Positions 36,286 through 45,729 of a stretch of 64,000 nucleotides of DNA are shown piece by piece. The notes beneath the pieces were generated by a model. The model saw nothing but the letters and a program-made list of their open reading frames with translations, was not told where the DNA came from and ran no database searches. The translations under genes and the position numbers were made by a program. Source of the stretch: an uncultured Nitrososphaerales archaeon (GTDB lineage Archaea > Thermoproteota > Nitrososphaeria > Nitrososphaerales > Gagatemarchaeaceae); contig OY970160.1 of assembly GCA_963706445.1 (NCBI GenBank), forward strand, positions 1,344,001 through 1,408,000. Direction: 5' to 3'. Numbering within the stretch: the first letter of the stretch is position 1; each line of letters opens with the position of its first letter.

Positions 36286-37776
36286 CTATGTCAACCCCTT
36301 CAGGAACTCCGCGACGGGGAGCGCCGGATTCAGTATGACGTAAGACGTCACGATGAGGATGACCAGCGGGATCAGGTAGACTGCGAAGGCTGCGACGTCA
36401 GACCACCCCATGTCGTGTGCCTCGTGTCCCGGCTCGGGGGAAGACAGGACTGTCCTCTTGATCATCCAGAGGAAGTAGCCTGCAGTTATGACGGGGACCA
36501 GTATCGAGATCGCAGTAATGGCGGACGCCGAGATGCCGGCCGCTATCACCAAGAACTCGGCCAGGAAGCTAGAGAAGGGAGGCAGGCCCATGGCCGCCGC
36601 AGAGGCCAGCACGAGAATGGCAGCAGTCCTGGGCATGGAGGTCCCAAGCCCCTTCAGCAGCGGGATCTCTCTGGTCCCGGCCTGATGTTGGATGTACCCT
36701 GTGAGCATGAAGAGGCTCCCGATGGCGAGGGCGTGGGTGAACATCTGGAATATGGCCCCTTGAATACCGAGGACGTTGCCTGAGATCAGTGTGGCATAGG
36801 CTCCGAACAGGACGAAGCCCATGTGGTTGATGCTGGTGAACGCTATCATCTTCTTCAGGTCCTTCTGGAGGACGGCCGCGACGGCTCCGTAGAACATCGA
36901 GAACAGCCCTAGTATGAGGAACACCCAGGCGTACTGGACCGAAGCACCCGGGAACAGCCCTATGCTTATCCTGAGGAATCCGTAGCCGCCCATCTTCAGC
37001 AGAACCCCGGCCAGAAGGACCGAGATCGGGGACGGAGCCTCGACGTGGGCGTCAGGGAGCCAGGTGTGGAACGGGACAAGCGGGAGCTTGACGGCGAACC
37101 CGATGAAGGACGCTGCGAGTGGGACGTATTCGAGAGCGGCAGGTATCTGATGGCTCAGCAGCATGGCCTGGATGGTGGGGATGTCGAAGGATGGCGTGGG
37201 CATCCCCATGTAGAAGTAGAGGAAGCCGAACAGCATTATCGTGCTCCCGGTGAAGGTGAAGATGATGAATTTCAGGGCCGCGTACTTTCTGCGCGGCCCC
37301 CCCCAAACCCCTATGAAGAAGAACATCGGGATGAGGACGACCTCCCAGAAGATGTAGAACAGGATGAGGTTGAGGGAGGTGAACACCCCCATTATCGCGC
37401 CCTCGAAGAGGAAAATGAGCGAGTAGTATTCGGCCTCGTGGTGGTCGATCAGCTTCCTCGACCCGAATATCACGAGGACAGTGAGCAGGGCCGAGACGAA
37501 TAGAAGCGGAGAGCTGAGTCCGTCGGTCCCCAAGAAGTAGTCGAGGCCGAAGCTGCTGATGCTGACCCAGCTGTCCTTCTCCTGGAACAGGTACTGGCCC
37601 GGAGCGGGAGGAGCCGCGTACACCTGCCAGAAAACGTAGCCGGCTATGAGGAGGACGAAGGCTGACAGGCCGAGGGAAGCGTAGATTCCCAGCTTCTTGT
37701 TGACCTTGGTCAGGGCGTAGACGAGAGGCGCGGCGAAGACAGGAAGTGCGATCAGCAGCGAAAGGACGTAGCTCAT
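36286..37776 (-). CDS. nuoM: NADH-quinone oxidoreductase subunit M (copy 1)
   Basis: FYIFWE..LIPM, VKLPLVPFHTWLPDAHVEAP, LLKMGGYG. Confidence 0.95.
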   Translation of the reverse strand: MSYVLSLLIALPVFAAPLVYALTKVNKKLGIYASLGLSAFVLLIAGYVFWQVYAAPPAPGQYLFQEKDSWVSISSFGLDYFLGTDGLSSPLLFVSALLTVLVIFGSRKLIDHHEAEYYSLIFLFEGAIMGVFTSLNLILFYIFWEVVLIPMFFFIGVWGGPRRKYAALKFIIFTFTGSTIMLFGFLYFYMGMPTPSFDIPTIQAMLLSHQIPAALEYVPLAASFIGFAVKLPLVPFHTWLPDAHVEAPSPISVLLAGVLLKMGGYGFLRISIGLFPGASVQYAWVFLILGLFSMFYGAVAAVLQKDLKKMIAFTSINHMGFVLFGAYATLISGNVLGIQGAIFQMFTHALAIGSLFMLTGYIQHQAGTREIPLLKGLGTSMPRTAAILVLASAAAMGLPPFSSFLAEFLVIAAGISASAITAISILVPVITAGYFLWMIKRTVLSSPEPGHEAHDMGWSDVAAFAVYLIPLVILIVTSYVILNPALPVAEFLKGLT

Positions 37777-39965
37777 GGGAGAGGCACCCCCACGCCCGCC
37801 CGCCAGATGGCGAGCAGGAACAGTACCACGAGCACCAGTATGCCGAAGGCGAAGACCTGGGCGTACTCCTCGACGATCCCGGTCTGGATCCTTCTGAAGG
37901 CCCTCGAGAGATCCTGACCTAACTCAGAGAACCCGTTGGCGGCCCCGTCCACGATGTTGACGTCGACCCAGTTGCCGATGGTGGAGGCATAGACCCCGAA
38001 CAAGGAGCCTGCGCTGTTGATTCTGAACAAGCCCCGGAAGTCGAACACGTCGCTCAGCCACCTGGACGCGGCGAGGGGGGCGTTAACGAACACCTTGTAG
38101 TAAATCGCGTTGATGTACCACCTCTTCTCAAGGAAGTTGTAAAGGCCGTGCATGAATCCGGTCTGGCCGACGAACCGCGTAGGTGGGACCCTCCGGATGA
38201 TGTAGATACCGTAGGCAGCCACGAAGCCGAGGACTACGATGGCCAGGGTGAGCCCGGCGGGGGCCCAATTGACCGCGCCTGACGGCGGTGCCAGAGAAGC
38301 CGTGGGGAAGAGTGCTACGATGTAGTTCTGTGCTGCGGCCTGGAGCGAAGCGTCGATGTTCAGCGCGGGGATGCCGAGTCCAGCGAAGGCGGTCACCCCG
38401 ATGATGACGGTTAGCCCCGCGAGAATCGTGTAGGGGACCCACATTATCGGGCTAGGCTCATGGACGTGATGGCCCTGGCCCTCGACCTCGGCGAGCCTCT
38501 TGCTGCTGTCTCCGTAGAATACCATCCCCAGCATCCTGAACGAGTAGAAGGCGGTCATCCCGGCGGTAAGGGCTCCGACTATGAAGAGGCCGTACTGCCC
38601 TGCCCCCCAGGCGGCGCCAAGGACTGCGTCTTTACTCCAGAAGCCGCTGAAGGGAGGGATCCCCGAGAGGGAGGCGACGGCGATGAGCACCGCCGCGAAT
38701 GTCAGTTTCATCTTGTTTCTCATCCCACCCATGTCGCTGATGTACTTCGAGTCGGCCGCGTGGATGAGCGCGCCCGCGGCGAGGAACAGGCACGCCTTGA
38801 AGATGGCGTGGCTCATCAGCTGGTAGAGAGCGGCAGAGAGGCCGTCGGAGAAGTTGACCGACAGGCCCGCGACCCCCACTGCGAGCATCATGTAGCCGAT
38901 CTGCGACACCGTCGAATAAGCGAGGATCTTCTTGAGCTCAAAGCCGACCAGCGCCTGGCTCGCGGCCAGCACGGCGGTGAAGGCCCCGATCCAAGCTACC
39001 GTCAGGAAGAACGGCTGCACCGTGGCAATGCCGAAGCCTGCGGTACCGATGGCGATGAAGTAGAAGATAGGGGCGATTCTCGCGACAAGGACCACCCCGG
39101 CCTTGACCATGGTCGCGGCGTGGATCAGAGCAGAGACAGGGGCGGGGCCGGCCATGGCGTCTGGGAGCCACTCGTGCAGGGGGAACTGGGCGGACTTTCC
39201 TACCGCTCCACCGAAAATCAGGAGCGCGACCGGGACAAGAAGGCCATTGCTGTACAGGTTCTGGAACCATGACCCTTTGTCGGCGGCGAGCTGATAGTAG
39301 TTGAACGTCCCCGAGTAGAAGAAGAGTATCAGGATCCCTGCCAGCATGGCGACATCCCCTATCCTCGTCATGACGAAGGCCTTCATCCCCGCCTGTGAAG
39401 GGGAGTATGCCTGGTCCTCGCCGAGGACCTTCTCTCCCGGAGTTCCGACCCAGTCCTTGGTCTCGTCTTTCCAGTAATGCCCGATCAGCGCGTAGCTGCA
39501 GAGTCCCACCATCTCCCATCCGATGAATAGCGAAAGGAGGTTGTCGGAGAGGACGATGAGCTGCATGCTCCCGATGAACAGGGAGATGAAGAAGAAGTAA
39601 CGGTTGTGGCCCCCGTCGTCCTTCATGTACTCCAGACTGTAGAAGACGATGAGGAAGCTGACCCAGGCCACGACGTTTGCGAGTATGGCCGTGTATGAAT
39701 CGGTGAGCACGCCCATTGTGATATTCAGGCCCGAGATCCAGGGGACGCTGACGGTCAGAGGTCCGACGTTGGAGATGGTGATGGGCTGGCCCTCCAGGAC
39801 CGGGAGGAGCATGATCAGTGCGAATCCAGCGGAGAGCAAGGCGAACGCTGCGGCTGCGTAATCGCCCATCCTGCCGAGCTTCCTAAGCGCGATTGTGACG
39901 AGGGCGCCAGCGTAGGGGAGTATGAAGATCAGCCAGATGAAGTAGGACGGGATGGCGAAGCTCAT
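37773..39965 (-). CDS. nuoL: NADH-quinone oxidoreductase subunit L
   Basis: GKSAQFPLHEWLPDAMAGPAPVSALIHAATMV, LAYSTVSQIGYM, HAIFKA; 730 aa. Confidence 0.96.
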   Translation of the reverse strand: MSFAIPSYFIWLIFILPYAGALVTIALRKLGRMGDYAAAAFALLSAGFALIMLLPVLEGQPITISNVGPLTVSVPWISGLNITMGVLTDSYTAILANVVAWVSFLIVFYSLEYMKDDGGHNRYFFFISLFIGSMQLIVLSDNLLSLFIGWEMVGLCSYALIGHYWKDETKDWVGTPGEKVLGEDQAYSPSQAGMKAFVMTRIGDVAMLAGILILFFYSGTFNYYQLAADKGSWFQNLYSNGLLVPVALLIFGGAVGKSAQFPLHEWLPDAMAGPAPVSALIHAATMVKAGVVLVARIAPIFYFIAIGTAGFGIATVQPFFLTVAWIGAFTAVLAASQALVGFELKKILAYSTVSQIGYMMLAVGVAGLSVNFSDGLSAALYQLMSHAIFKACLFLAAGALIHAADSKYISDMGGMRNKMKLTFAAVLIAVASLSGIPPFSGFWSKDAVLGAAWGAGQYGLFIVGALTAGMTAFYSFRMLGMVFYGDSSKRLAEVEGQGHHVHEPSPIMWVPYTILAGLTVIIGVTAFAGLGIPALNIDASLQAAAQNYIVALFPTASLAPPSGAVNWAPAGLTLAIVVLGFVAAYGIYIIRRVPPTRFVGQTGFMHGLYNFLEKRWYINAIYYKVFVNAPLAASRWLSDVFDFRGLFRINSAGSLFGVYASTIGNWVDVNIVDGAANGFSELGQDLSRAFRRIQTGIVEEYAQVFAFGILVLVVLFLLAIWRAGVGVPLP

Positions 39966-39966
39966 C

Positions 39967-41475
39967 TCAGCCTAGCACTCCTGTACTGAATATGCCGGCG
40001 AAGCCTGTAAGGAATTTCGTCACGATGTCTGGGTAGATGCCGATGAGTATCGAAGCCACGACAATGGCCAGGAGCGGGAGGGTCATCGTCAGGGGTGGGT
40101 CTTTGGCCGCGTCGAGCCCTGGAGCCTGAGGCCCGAAGAAGATCTTCTTGATGGGCCAGAACGTGTATGCGACTGTCAGCAGGGTCGCTATTATGCCAAG
40201 CAGGGCGACGACCATGTAGAGGGATGAGCCCTGGGCGCCCTGAGAGAAGATCCCGGCGAACATGATCCACTCCGCCTGGAACCCGCTGGTTGGAGGGACC
40301 GCGGAGAGAATCAGCGCACCGAGGACGAAGAGCGCGGCCGTGAACGGCATTTTGGCCGCGAGGCCTCCCATTTTCTTGACGTCCCTCAGCCCCGTCTGCG
40401 TTAGGAGAATACCGGCTACGGAGAACAGCACGAACTTGCCGAGGATGTGGCTCCCGAAGTAGAACACCCCTCCCACCGCGCCGAGGGCAGAGGCGCTCGC
40501 CAGACCTAGGATGGAGTAGGCGTTCTGGCTCATGGTCGACCAGGCGAAGATGTACTTCACGTCGTTCTGGGCGAGGGTGACAGCCCCCCCGTAGAACATG
40601 GTCAGGACAGCCCAGGCCATGAGTGGGAGGCTGAAGGAATGGAACACTGTCGGCATCTCGAAGAACAGGAGCCGGGCGATTACGTACGCACCCATCCCCG
40701 ACACTATCGCCATCGTGGGAGCGAACGAAGTCGGGGGCTCGGCCTCGGTGATGGGGAGCCACATATGGAGACCGAAGATGCCCATCTTCAGGAGCCATCC
40801 CACGAGAATCAGGGCCGCTATCCAATAGGCCAGGGAGCTGGACTGGGCGGCGGTCAGTGAAGAAATGTCGAAGCTCCCCGTGGCGGAATATGCCAGCGCT
40901 ATACCGGCGAGGAAGACGAAGGCGCCTAGCTGGTTCCAGATGATGTAGATTATCCCGACCCTTTCTTTCTGGACGTAGCCGAACAGACTGATTATGATGA
41001 AGGTGGGGATCAGGACGAGCTCCAGGAACAGATAGAGCTCGATCAGGTTCGTCGAGAGGACGATCCCGACCAGCCCCGAGGCAACGAGGAGGAAGCTCAT
41101 GTAGTAGACCCCGTACCTTGCGGGTCGGTCTTCCCCGTAGAGGCTCTTGATCCTGTTCTGCATGTAGGGCATGGAGTAGATTGCCGTGGCGGCCAGAACA
41201 AGGTTGACCAGAATAGCGACGGGGAACGACAGGCCGTCAGCGAGGAACCCGAAGGTCAACCCAGCCGTCGGAGCCCAAGTATAGGACTCGGTGAGAGGGG
41301 AGCCTCCTGAAAAGAGCTGGGACCAACCTCCTCCAATCAGGACAAACGTTGTGAACAGGAGGGCGACGAACGCGATCCAGCCGACGTGCCTCCCCAACTT
41401 CGGGGCGGCGAGGTAGCAAGCGGCCGCAGCGGCTAGCGGTATCACTACCGATTGAAGTAGAAGATATTGTGACAC
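39967..41475 (-). CDS. nuoM: Second NuoM-like antiporter subunit
   Basis: LADGLS, LFLELVLIP, LKMGIFGLHMWLP..EAEPP, MGGLA.KMP; located between nuoK and nuoL. Confidence 0.85.
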   Translation of the reverse strand: MSQYLLLQSVVIPLAAAAACYLAAPKLGRHVGWIAFVALLFTTFVLIGGGWSQLFSGGSPLTESYTWAPTAGLTFGFLADGLSFPVAILVNLVLAATAIYSMPYMQNRIKSLYGEDRPARYGVYYMSFLLVASGLVGIVLSTNLIELYLFLELVLIPTFIIISLFGYVQKERVGIIYIIWNQLGAFVFLAGIALAYSATGSFDISSLTAAQSSSLAYWIAALILVGWLLKMGIFGLHMWLPITEAEPPTSFAPTMAIVSGMGAYVIARLLFFEMPTVFHSFSLPLMAWAVLTMFYGGAVTLAQNDVKYIFAWSTMSQNAYSILGLASASALGAVGGVFYFGSHILGKFVLFSVAGILLTQTGLRDVKKMGGLAAKMPFTAALFVLGALILSAVPPTSGFQAEWIMFAGIFSQGAQGSSLYMVVALLGIIATLLTVAYTFWPIKKIFFGPQAPGLDAAKDPPLTMTLPLLAIVVASILIGIYPDIVTKFLTGFAGIFSTGVLG

Positions 41476-41531
41476 TTGTGTTTACTCCAAGGAAGATATT
41501 CCAAGAACAGATTGAGTTTGAACCACCATTC

Positions 41532-41861
41532 TTATCCCTCCATGGACTTCAGTTCGCTGACGTCCACATCCTGGTGGAGCCGGTAGGCGACCACCACTAT
41601 CGCAAGTATCACTGCAGCCTCGGCCGCCGCCAGAGCTATCGAGAACAGGACGAAGGTCTGCCCCAGGGCGTTGGGGGCAACCGCGGCGCTTCCTTCGAAG
41701 GGAAGGTATTGACCGAAGGCGATGAAATTCAGGTTGGCAGCGTTGATCATCAGCTCGACGGCGAAGAGCAGCCGGAGGGCGTTCTTCTTGGTCACCAGCC
41801 CGTAGACGCCGATGCCGAAGAGCATGGCCGAGACTACGACGAAATCGCTCAGGTCATTCAT
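41532..41861 (-). CDS. nuoK: NADH-quinone oxidoreductase subunit K
   Basis: AVELMINAANLNF, AAAEAAV. Confidence 0.95.
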   Translation of the reverse strand: MNDLSDFVVVSAMLFGIGVYGLVTKKNALRLLFAVELMINAANLNFIAFGQYLPFEGSAAVAPNALGQTFVLFSIALAAAEAAVILAIVVVAYRLHQDVDVSELKSMEG

Positions 41862-42364
41862 TGACCCTTGTCCTCCTTGTCAGCCCTCGAAAGTGTGAGA
41901 GCCCCTACCACAGACGCGGCTAGCACCAGGGCAAGCACCAGAAGAATCGGGGCGTAGCCCGTTGAAATGAGCTGACCTATATCGACGAACGTCGCGGTGT
42001 TGACGATGTTGGTGAATTGGGCCAGGTTGGTGTCGACCACCGCAAAGATGAGGGCCACAGCGATGGCAGCGCCCGTCATGATCCCGGCCAGCTTGGTTAG
42101 CGATGTAGGGGGGAGCTCCTTCGACCACTTCTCCTCGCGGACGAGCATGACGGTGAAGAGGATTAGGACCGCTACCGCTCCGATGTAGACGGCGATCTGG
42201 AAGACGGCGACGTAGGGGGCGTTGAGAAGGAAGAACAGGGTCGCGACCCCGAAGAGTGAGCCGGCGAGCCCGATGGCACCGTAGATGATCTCCTTCGCTT
42301 CGAGGGCGACGATGGCGCTCCCGAGGGTGAGGACGGCCATCCCGATGAAGACGATGTCAGCCGT
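41858..42364 (-). CDS. nuoJ: NADH-quinone oxidoreductase subunit J
   Basis: LNAPYVAVFQIAVYIGAVAVLILF. First ATG is at 42340; an upstream ACG at 42364 would give (M)ADIVFIGMAVL. Confidence 0.9.
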   Translation of the reverse strand, partial: TADIVFIGMAVLTLGSAIVALEAKEIIYGAIGLAGSLFGVATLFFLLNAPYVAVFQIAVYIGAVAVLILFTVMLVREEKWSKELPPTSLTKLAGIMTGAAIAVALIFAVVDTNLAQFTNIVNTATFVDIGQLISTGYAPILLVLALVLAASVVGALTLSRADKEDKGQ

Positions 42365-43976
42365 ATCTGACCTCTCCCTTCTCGGTGTCGAACTCGACCT
42401 TGTACTTCTTCCCCTCCAACTTCGGAGGGACCGCGAGCATGTCAGGGGTGTACTTCAGCCCCATCTTGTCGTAGGCGGACAGCTCATAGTCGTTGGTCAT
42501 GAACAGAGCGTCGAAGGGACAAGCATCCACACACAGGCCGCAAAAAACGCAATTATGGACAGAAATATTTGCGGCAATATAGCTATTATCTCCCTCAACC
42601 TCAAAGTTTTGCACAAAATAATCCTTCACCTCTCGGATGTCTATCTTGACGACTGGCGAGACAATCATTCCATCCGTCAGATGCACGTAGCTGTGGGAGA
42701 CTTCGTTGTTCTTTGCGGGGACATCAACCAGTTGCCCCATGGCTTCAACATATGGAGTGTGTACTGTCACGGAATAGCAGAGTTTTCGAGCTTTCTGTCT
42801 TTCTGTACTAATCGAGGAGAGTATACCGATACGCCCCAGCATGTAGTGCATCTGCAAAGCCAAGTCCTTCGAAGTCGTTCGAGTTGTGAAGAAATTCGAG
42901 TGCATCTTGGTCTTGTATGCGTAGTGTTTGTTGGAGTAATGCCCGTCGCCCCAGAACTCTCCGCGCACTATGTCCTTGATGTTCTCGACTGGGAGCAGAA
43001 CCATTGACCAAGGAAGCTTCTTTTCGTCGCAATGACGGCCGAACTGGGAGAAGAACGATGCGACTCGGACCGAGTCTACGCAAAGCTTCAACCCCAGGGA
43101 ATCTGGATCAGGTTTGACCGAGACCTCTGCGCCGAAAACCTTGGCGACGGCCTGCGTAATGTCCTGCTTGAGATCCACTTCGTTCTTGTGGATATCGAAG
43201 GAGACCCTATATCGGTCTGAGGAGCCTTCGGCGAGATAGTATCCAATCAGGCGCATGAGTTCCGCAGTGACAGGCATAGAGACCAACTCCGTCGTGAACG
43301 AACCGCCTTTTCCAGCTGGATGGTAGAGTTCGTAGGTGTACTGGATCACTTCCGCTGGGAGTTCTTCGCTGATTATCGGCCTGGTAAGGTATGTTCGGTA
43401 CTTGATTTCATTCGCAAAGAGCCACGAAGTACCCTTCTCACTATACACGAGGATTGGGTGGTCCTCTGTGGTGGTCAGGGGCTCGAAGCTGCCGAGGGTC
43501 CTAAAGGTGAAGAGCTTCCCAGTGTAGCTCCGACTAAAGAGCCTCGACACCCTTCTGAACTTCCCTGTGTGAGTGAGAACTCTGTCCCCAACCCGGATTT
43601 CTGAGATGGGTTTGACTCCGTCGATGGTGATGATGGGTGTGTCCGGAGGCACGCACCTCCCATAGTCAACCGCGGGCCAGATGTCCTTTTTGTTCTGGGG
43701 CCGTCCCTTGGTGACCTTCTGCATGTCAATGGCGACAGCGACCCCGTCGCATGCGATGGCACAGAGCTGGCACCCTGTGCACTTCTCAAAATACAATATG
43801 TGCCGCCCCTTGAACCCGGCGAGACCCACCCCCTGCTTGGCGTCATACTGGTACCCGGGCCCTTCGAGGTCGAGCTTCTGCTCCGGGTAGCGGAGGGTCA
43901 TCCTCGGGTGGAAGAAATGCCTGACCCCGGACCAGGTGGCGACGAAGACGCCTTTGATGTATGACCAGGTGTTCAT
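42357..43976 (-). CDS. nuoI: NADH-quinone oxidoreductase subunit I interrupted by an intein
   Basis: Exteins give a 171-aa NuoI with CTGCQLCAIAC and CVFCGLCVDACP ferredoxin motifs, separated by a 368-aa insert. Confidence 0.95.
   Translation of the reverse strand: MNTWSYIKGVFVATWSGVRHFFHPRMTLRYPEQKLDLEGPGYQYDAKQGVGLAGFKGRHILYFEKCTGCQLCAIACDGVAVAIDMQKVTKGRPQNKKDIWPAVDYGRCVPPDTPIITIDGVKPISEIRVGDRVLTHTGKFRRVSRLFSRSYTGKLFTFRTLGSFEPLTTTEDHPILVYSEKGTSWLFANEIKYRTYLTRPIISEELPAEVIQYTYELYHPAGKGGSFTTELVSMPVTAELMRLIGYYLAEGSSDRYRVSFDIHKNEVDLKQDITQAVAKVFGAEVSVKPDPDSLGLKLCVDSVRVASFFSQFGRHCDEKKLPWSMVLLPVENIKDIVRGEFWGDGHYSNKHYAYKTKMHSNFFTTRTTSKDLALQMHYMLGRIGILSSISTERQKARKLCYSVTVHTPYVEAMGQLVDVPAKNNEVSHSYVHLTDGMIVSPVVKIDIREVKDYFVQNFEVEGDNSYIAANISVHNCVFCGLCVDACPFDALFMTNDYELSAYDKMGLKYTPDMLAVPPKLEGKKYKVEFDTEKGEVRYG
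42552..43655 (-). mobile_element. Class 1 intein with LAGLIDADG homing endonuclease in nuoI
   Basis: Block A CVPPDTPI, block B TTEDHP (TxxH), LAGLIDADG motifs LIGYYLAEG and IVRGEFWGDG, blocks F/G VQNFEVEGDNSYIA..SVHN followed by a +1 Cys. Confidence 0.95.
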
Positions 43977-43977
43977 C

Positions 43978-45150
43978 TTACTTCACTATCCCCGCTGAGA
44001 TGATGACCATGGTGATGAATATGTTCGCAAAGGCGAGGGCTAGGAGCTTGACCCACCCGGCCCTGAGGAGCATGTCGATCCTGAGCCGGGGCATTATCGA
44101 CCTCGGCAGCATCATCAGAATCATGACGACTGTGACCTTGGCGATGAACCAGACTTCTGGAGGGACAGGCCCGGGCCCGAGCCAGCCGCCAAGAAAGAAC
44201 GTCGTGAAGAGCCCCGCCATGATGTACATGCGGGTGAAGTTAGCGAGCTGAAACGTCCCGAAGAGCATGCTCGAGTACTCTGTCTGCCAGCCGGCGACGA
44301 GCTCGCTGTCAGCTTCGGGGATGTCGAAGGGGATCCGCTCAAGCTCGGCCAGGGCTCCAATGTAGAAGACAATGGCTCCAAGAGGCTGAAGGATGATGTA
44401 CCAAACACCATTCTGGGCCGTGACGATGCCCATCAGGTTGAGAGAACCGGACAACAAGACTGCTCCGACAAGCGAGAGGATCATAGGGATCTCATAGGCG
44501 ACGAGCTGGTGCAGGGCCCTGAGCCCTCCCAAGAACGGGTACTTGCTGTTGCTCGCCCACCCCGCTAGGAGCACGACAAGGGGGGTGAAGCCAAGGATGG
44601 CGAAGATGAGGACCGCCCCGACCGAGGGGTTCGCTATGTAGGTCGTCGGCGACAGAGGGACGAGAGCGATAAGGGCCCCGGCCACCGCCATGAGCGCAAA
44701 AGGTACGGCCAGGAAGGTCGCCCTGTCGACCCCGTCCGGGATGATTATCTCTTTGAAAGCGAGCTTGAAGAAGTCGGCGACGTTCTGGGCGATTCCCTCC
44801 ACTCTCCCTGCGTTCATGGGCCCGGTCCTGAGCTGGATCTTGGCTGTCATCTTCCGCTCGACCCACCCCATGAAGATGGTGCCGTACACCGCCACAAAGG
44901 TGAACCCGGGGAAGGTGGTCAGTGCGAACAGGGTCTTGTAAGGCTCCGTAGAAATGAGGTTGAGCTGGAACTGCAGGAACTGGTCGGGCTTCACCGTCAT
45001 CAGGGCGAAGATGTCGGGGGAGAAGTGAAACTCGGCGTATAGTATGTAATAAATCGGGACTAGAAGGACGACAGAGACAAGGGCGACCCAGAATACGTCT
45101 ATCAGAATCCGTTTCACGAAGTCTTCGAAGGTCGTGATGGGCTTCGACAT
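43978..45150 (-). CDS. nuoH: NADH-quinone oxidoreductase subunit H
   Basis: ERKMTAKIQLRTGP, ADFFKL..KE, SNSKY, RIPFDIPEADSELVAG, PRLRID. Confidence 0.96.
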   Translation of the reverse strand: MSKPITTFEDFVKRILIDVFWVALVSVVLLVPIYYILYAEFHFSPDIFALMTVKPDQFLQFQLNLISTEPYKTLFALTTFPGFTFVAVYGTIFMGWVERKMTAKIQLRTGPMNAGRVEGIAQNVADFFKLAFKEIIIPDGVDRATFLAVPFALMAVAGALIALVPLSPTTYIANPSVGAVLIFAILGFTPLVVLLAGWASNSKYPFLGGLRALHQLVAYEIPMILSLVGAVLLSGSLNLMGIVTAQNGVWYIILQPLGAIVFYIGALAELERIPFDIPEADSELVAGWQTEYSSMLFGTFQLANFTRMYIMAGLFTTFFLGGWLGPGPVPPEVWFIAKVTVVMILMMLPRSIMPRLRIDMLLRAGWVKLLALAFANIFITMVIISAGIVK

Positions 45151-45236
45151 GATGCCTTGTTGACAGCTTGCGCCTCGGATTAGCCTTTAAAAGTTTGAGA
45201 GAGGATTTTTCACACGAGACGGCAGACGAACCCTAG

Positions 45237-45533
45237 TTAGATTATCTCTATGGCGCTTTCGGAGAAGCCGTTCTCCTTGAGCATCCTGGCGGCATTCTCC
45301 CTGTGGTCTCCCTGGAGAATCATTATGCCGTCCTTCACGGTCCCTCCGGTGGCAAGGGCCCGCTTCATCTTGGAGTTCAGTTCGTGGAGGTCCTTGTCGC
45401 TCATCTTGATGCCTTCGATGACCGTGGTGGGCTTTCCGAAGCGCCTCATTTCCATCCTGATTTTCACACGTGCTTCTTCGCGGTCGAGTTCGGCGAGAAT
45501 ATCCTCAAAGCCCTCGTCTTGGTCCTTGCTCAC
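45237..45533 (-). CDS. sui1: Translation initiation factor aIF1 (SUI1)
   Basis: RRFGKPTTVIEG, LATGGTVKDG, LQGDHR. Confidence 0.93.
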   Translation of the reverse strand: MSKDQDEGFEDILAELDREEARVKIRMEMRRFGKPTTVIEGIKMSDKDLHELNSKMKRALATGGTVKDGIMILQGDHRENAARMLKENGFSESAIEII

Positions 45534-45609
45534 TGTGACTGGGAATTGACTGATAGCGGGGCTATTTAGGATTTGGTTAAATTCGCCGTGTTGGGAGGAG
45601 CGTGAAGGT

Positions 45610-45729
45610 GGGCCCGTAGCTCAGAGCCAATCGGCGGGCAGTTCGGTTAGAGCGACCAACCATAGCGACCGGCTCATACCTTCGGGAGACACCGGTCGGT
45701 CGAGCGTTCAAATCGCTCCGGGCCCACCA
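45610..45729 (+). tRNA. tRNA(CAT), probably Ile2, with three introns and encoded CCA
   Basis: Removing 45625-45641 (17 nt), about 45655-45667 (13 nt) and 45679-45690 (12 nt, position 37/38) gives GGGCCCGTAGCTCAGTTCGGTTAGAGCGACCGGCTCATAACCGGTCGGTCGAGCGTTCAAATCGCTCCGGGCCCACCA. The GGGCCCG acceptor favours Ile2 over Met. Confidence 0.85.
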
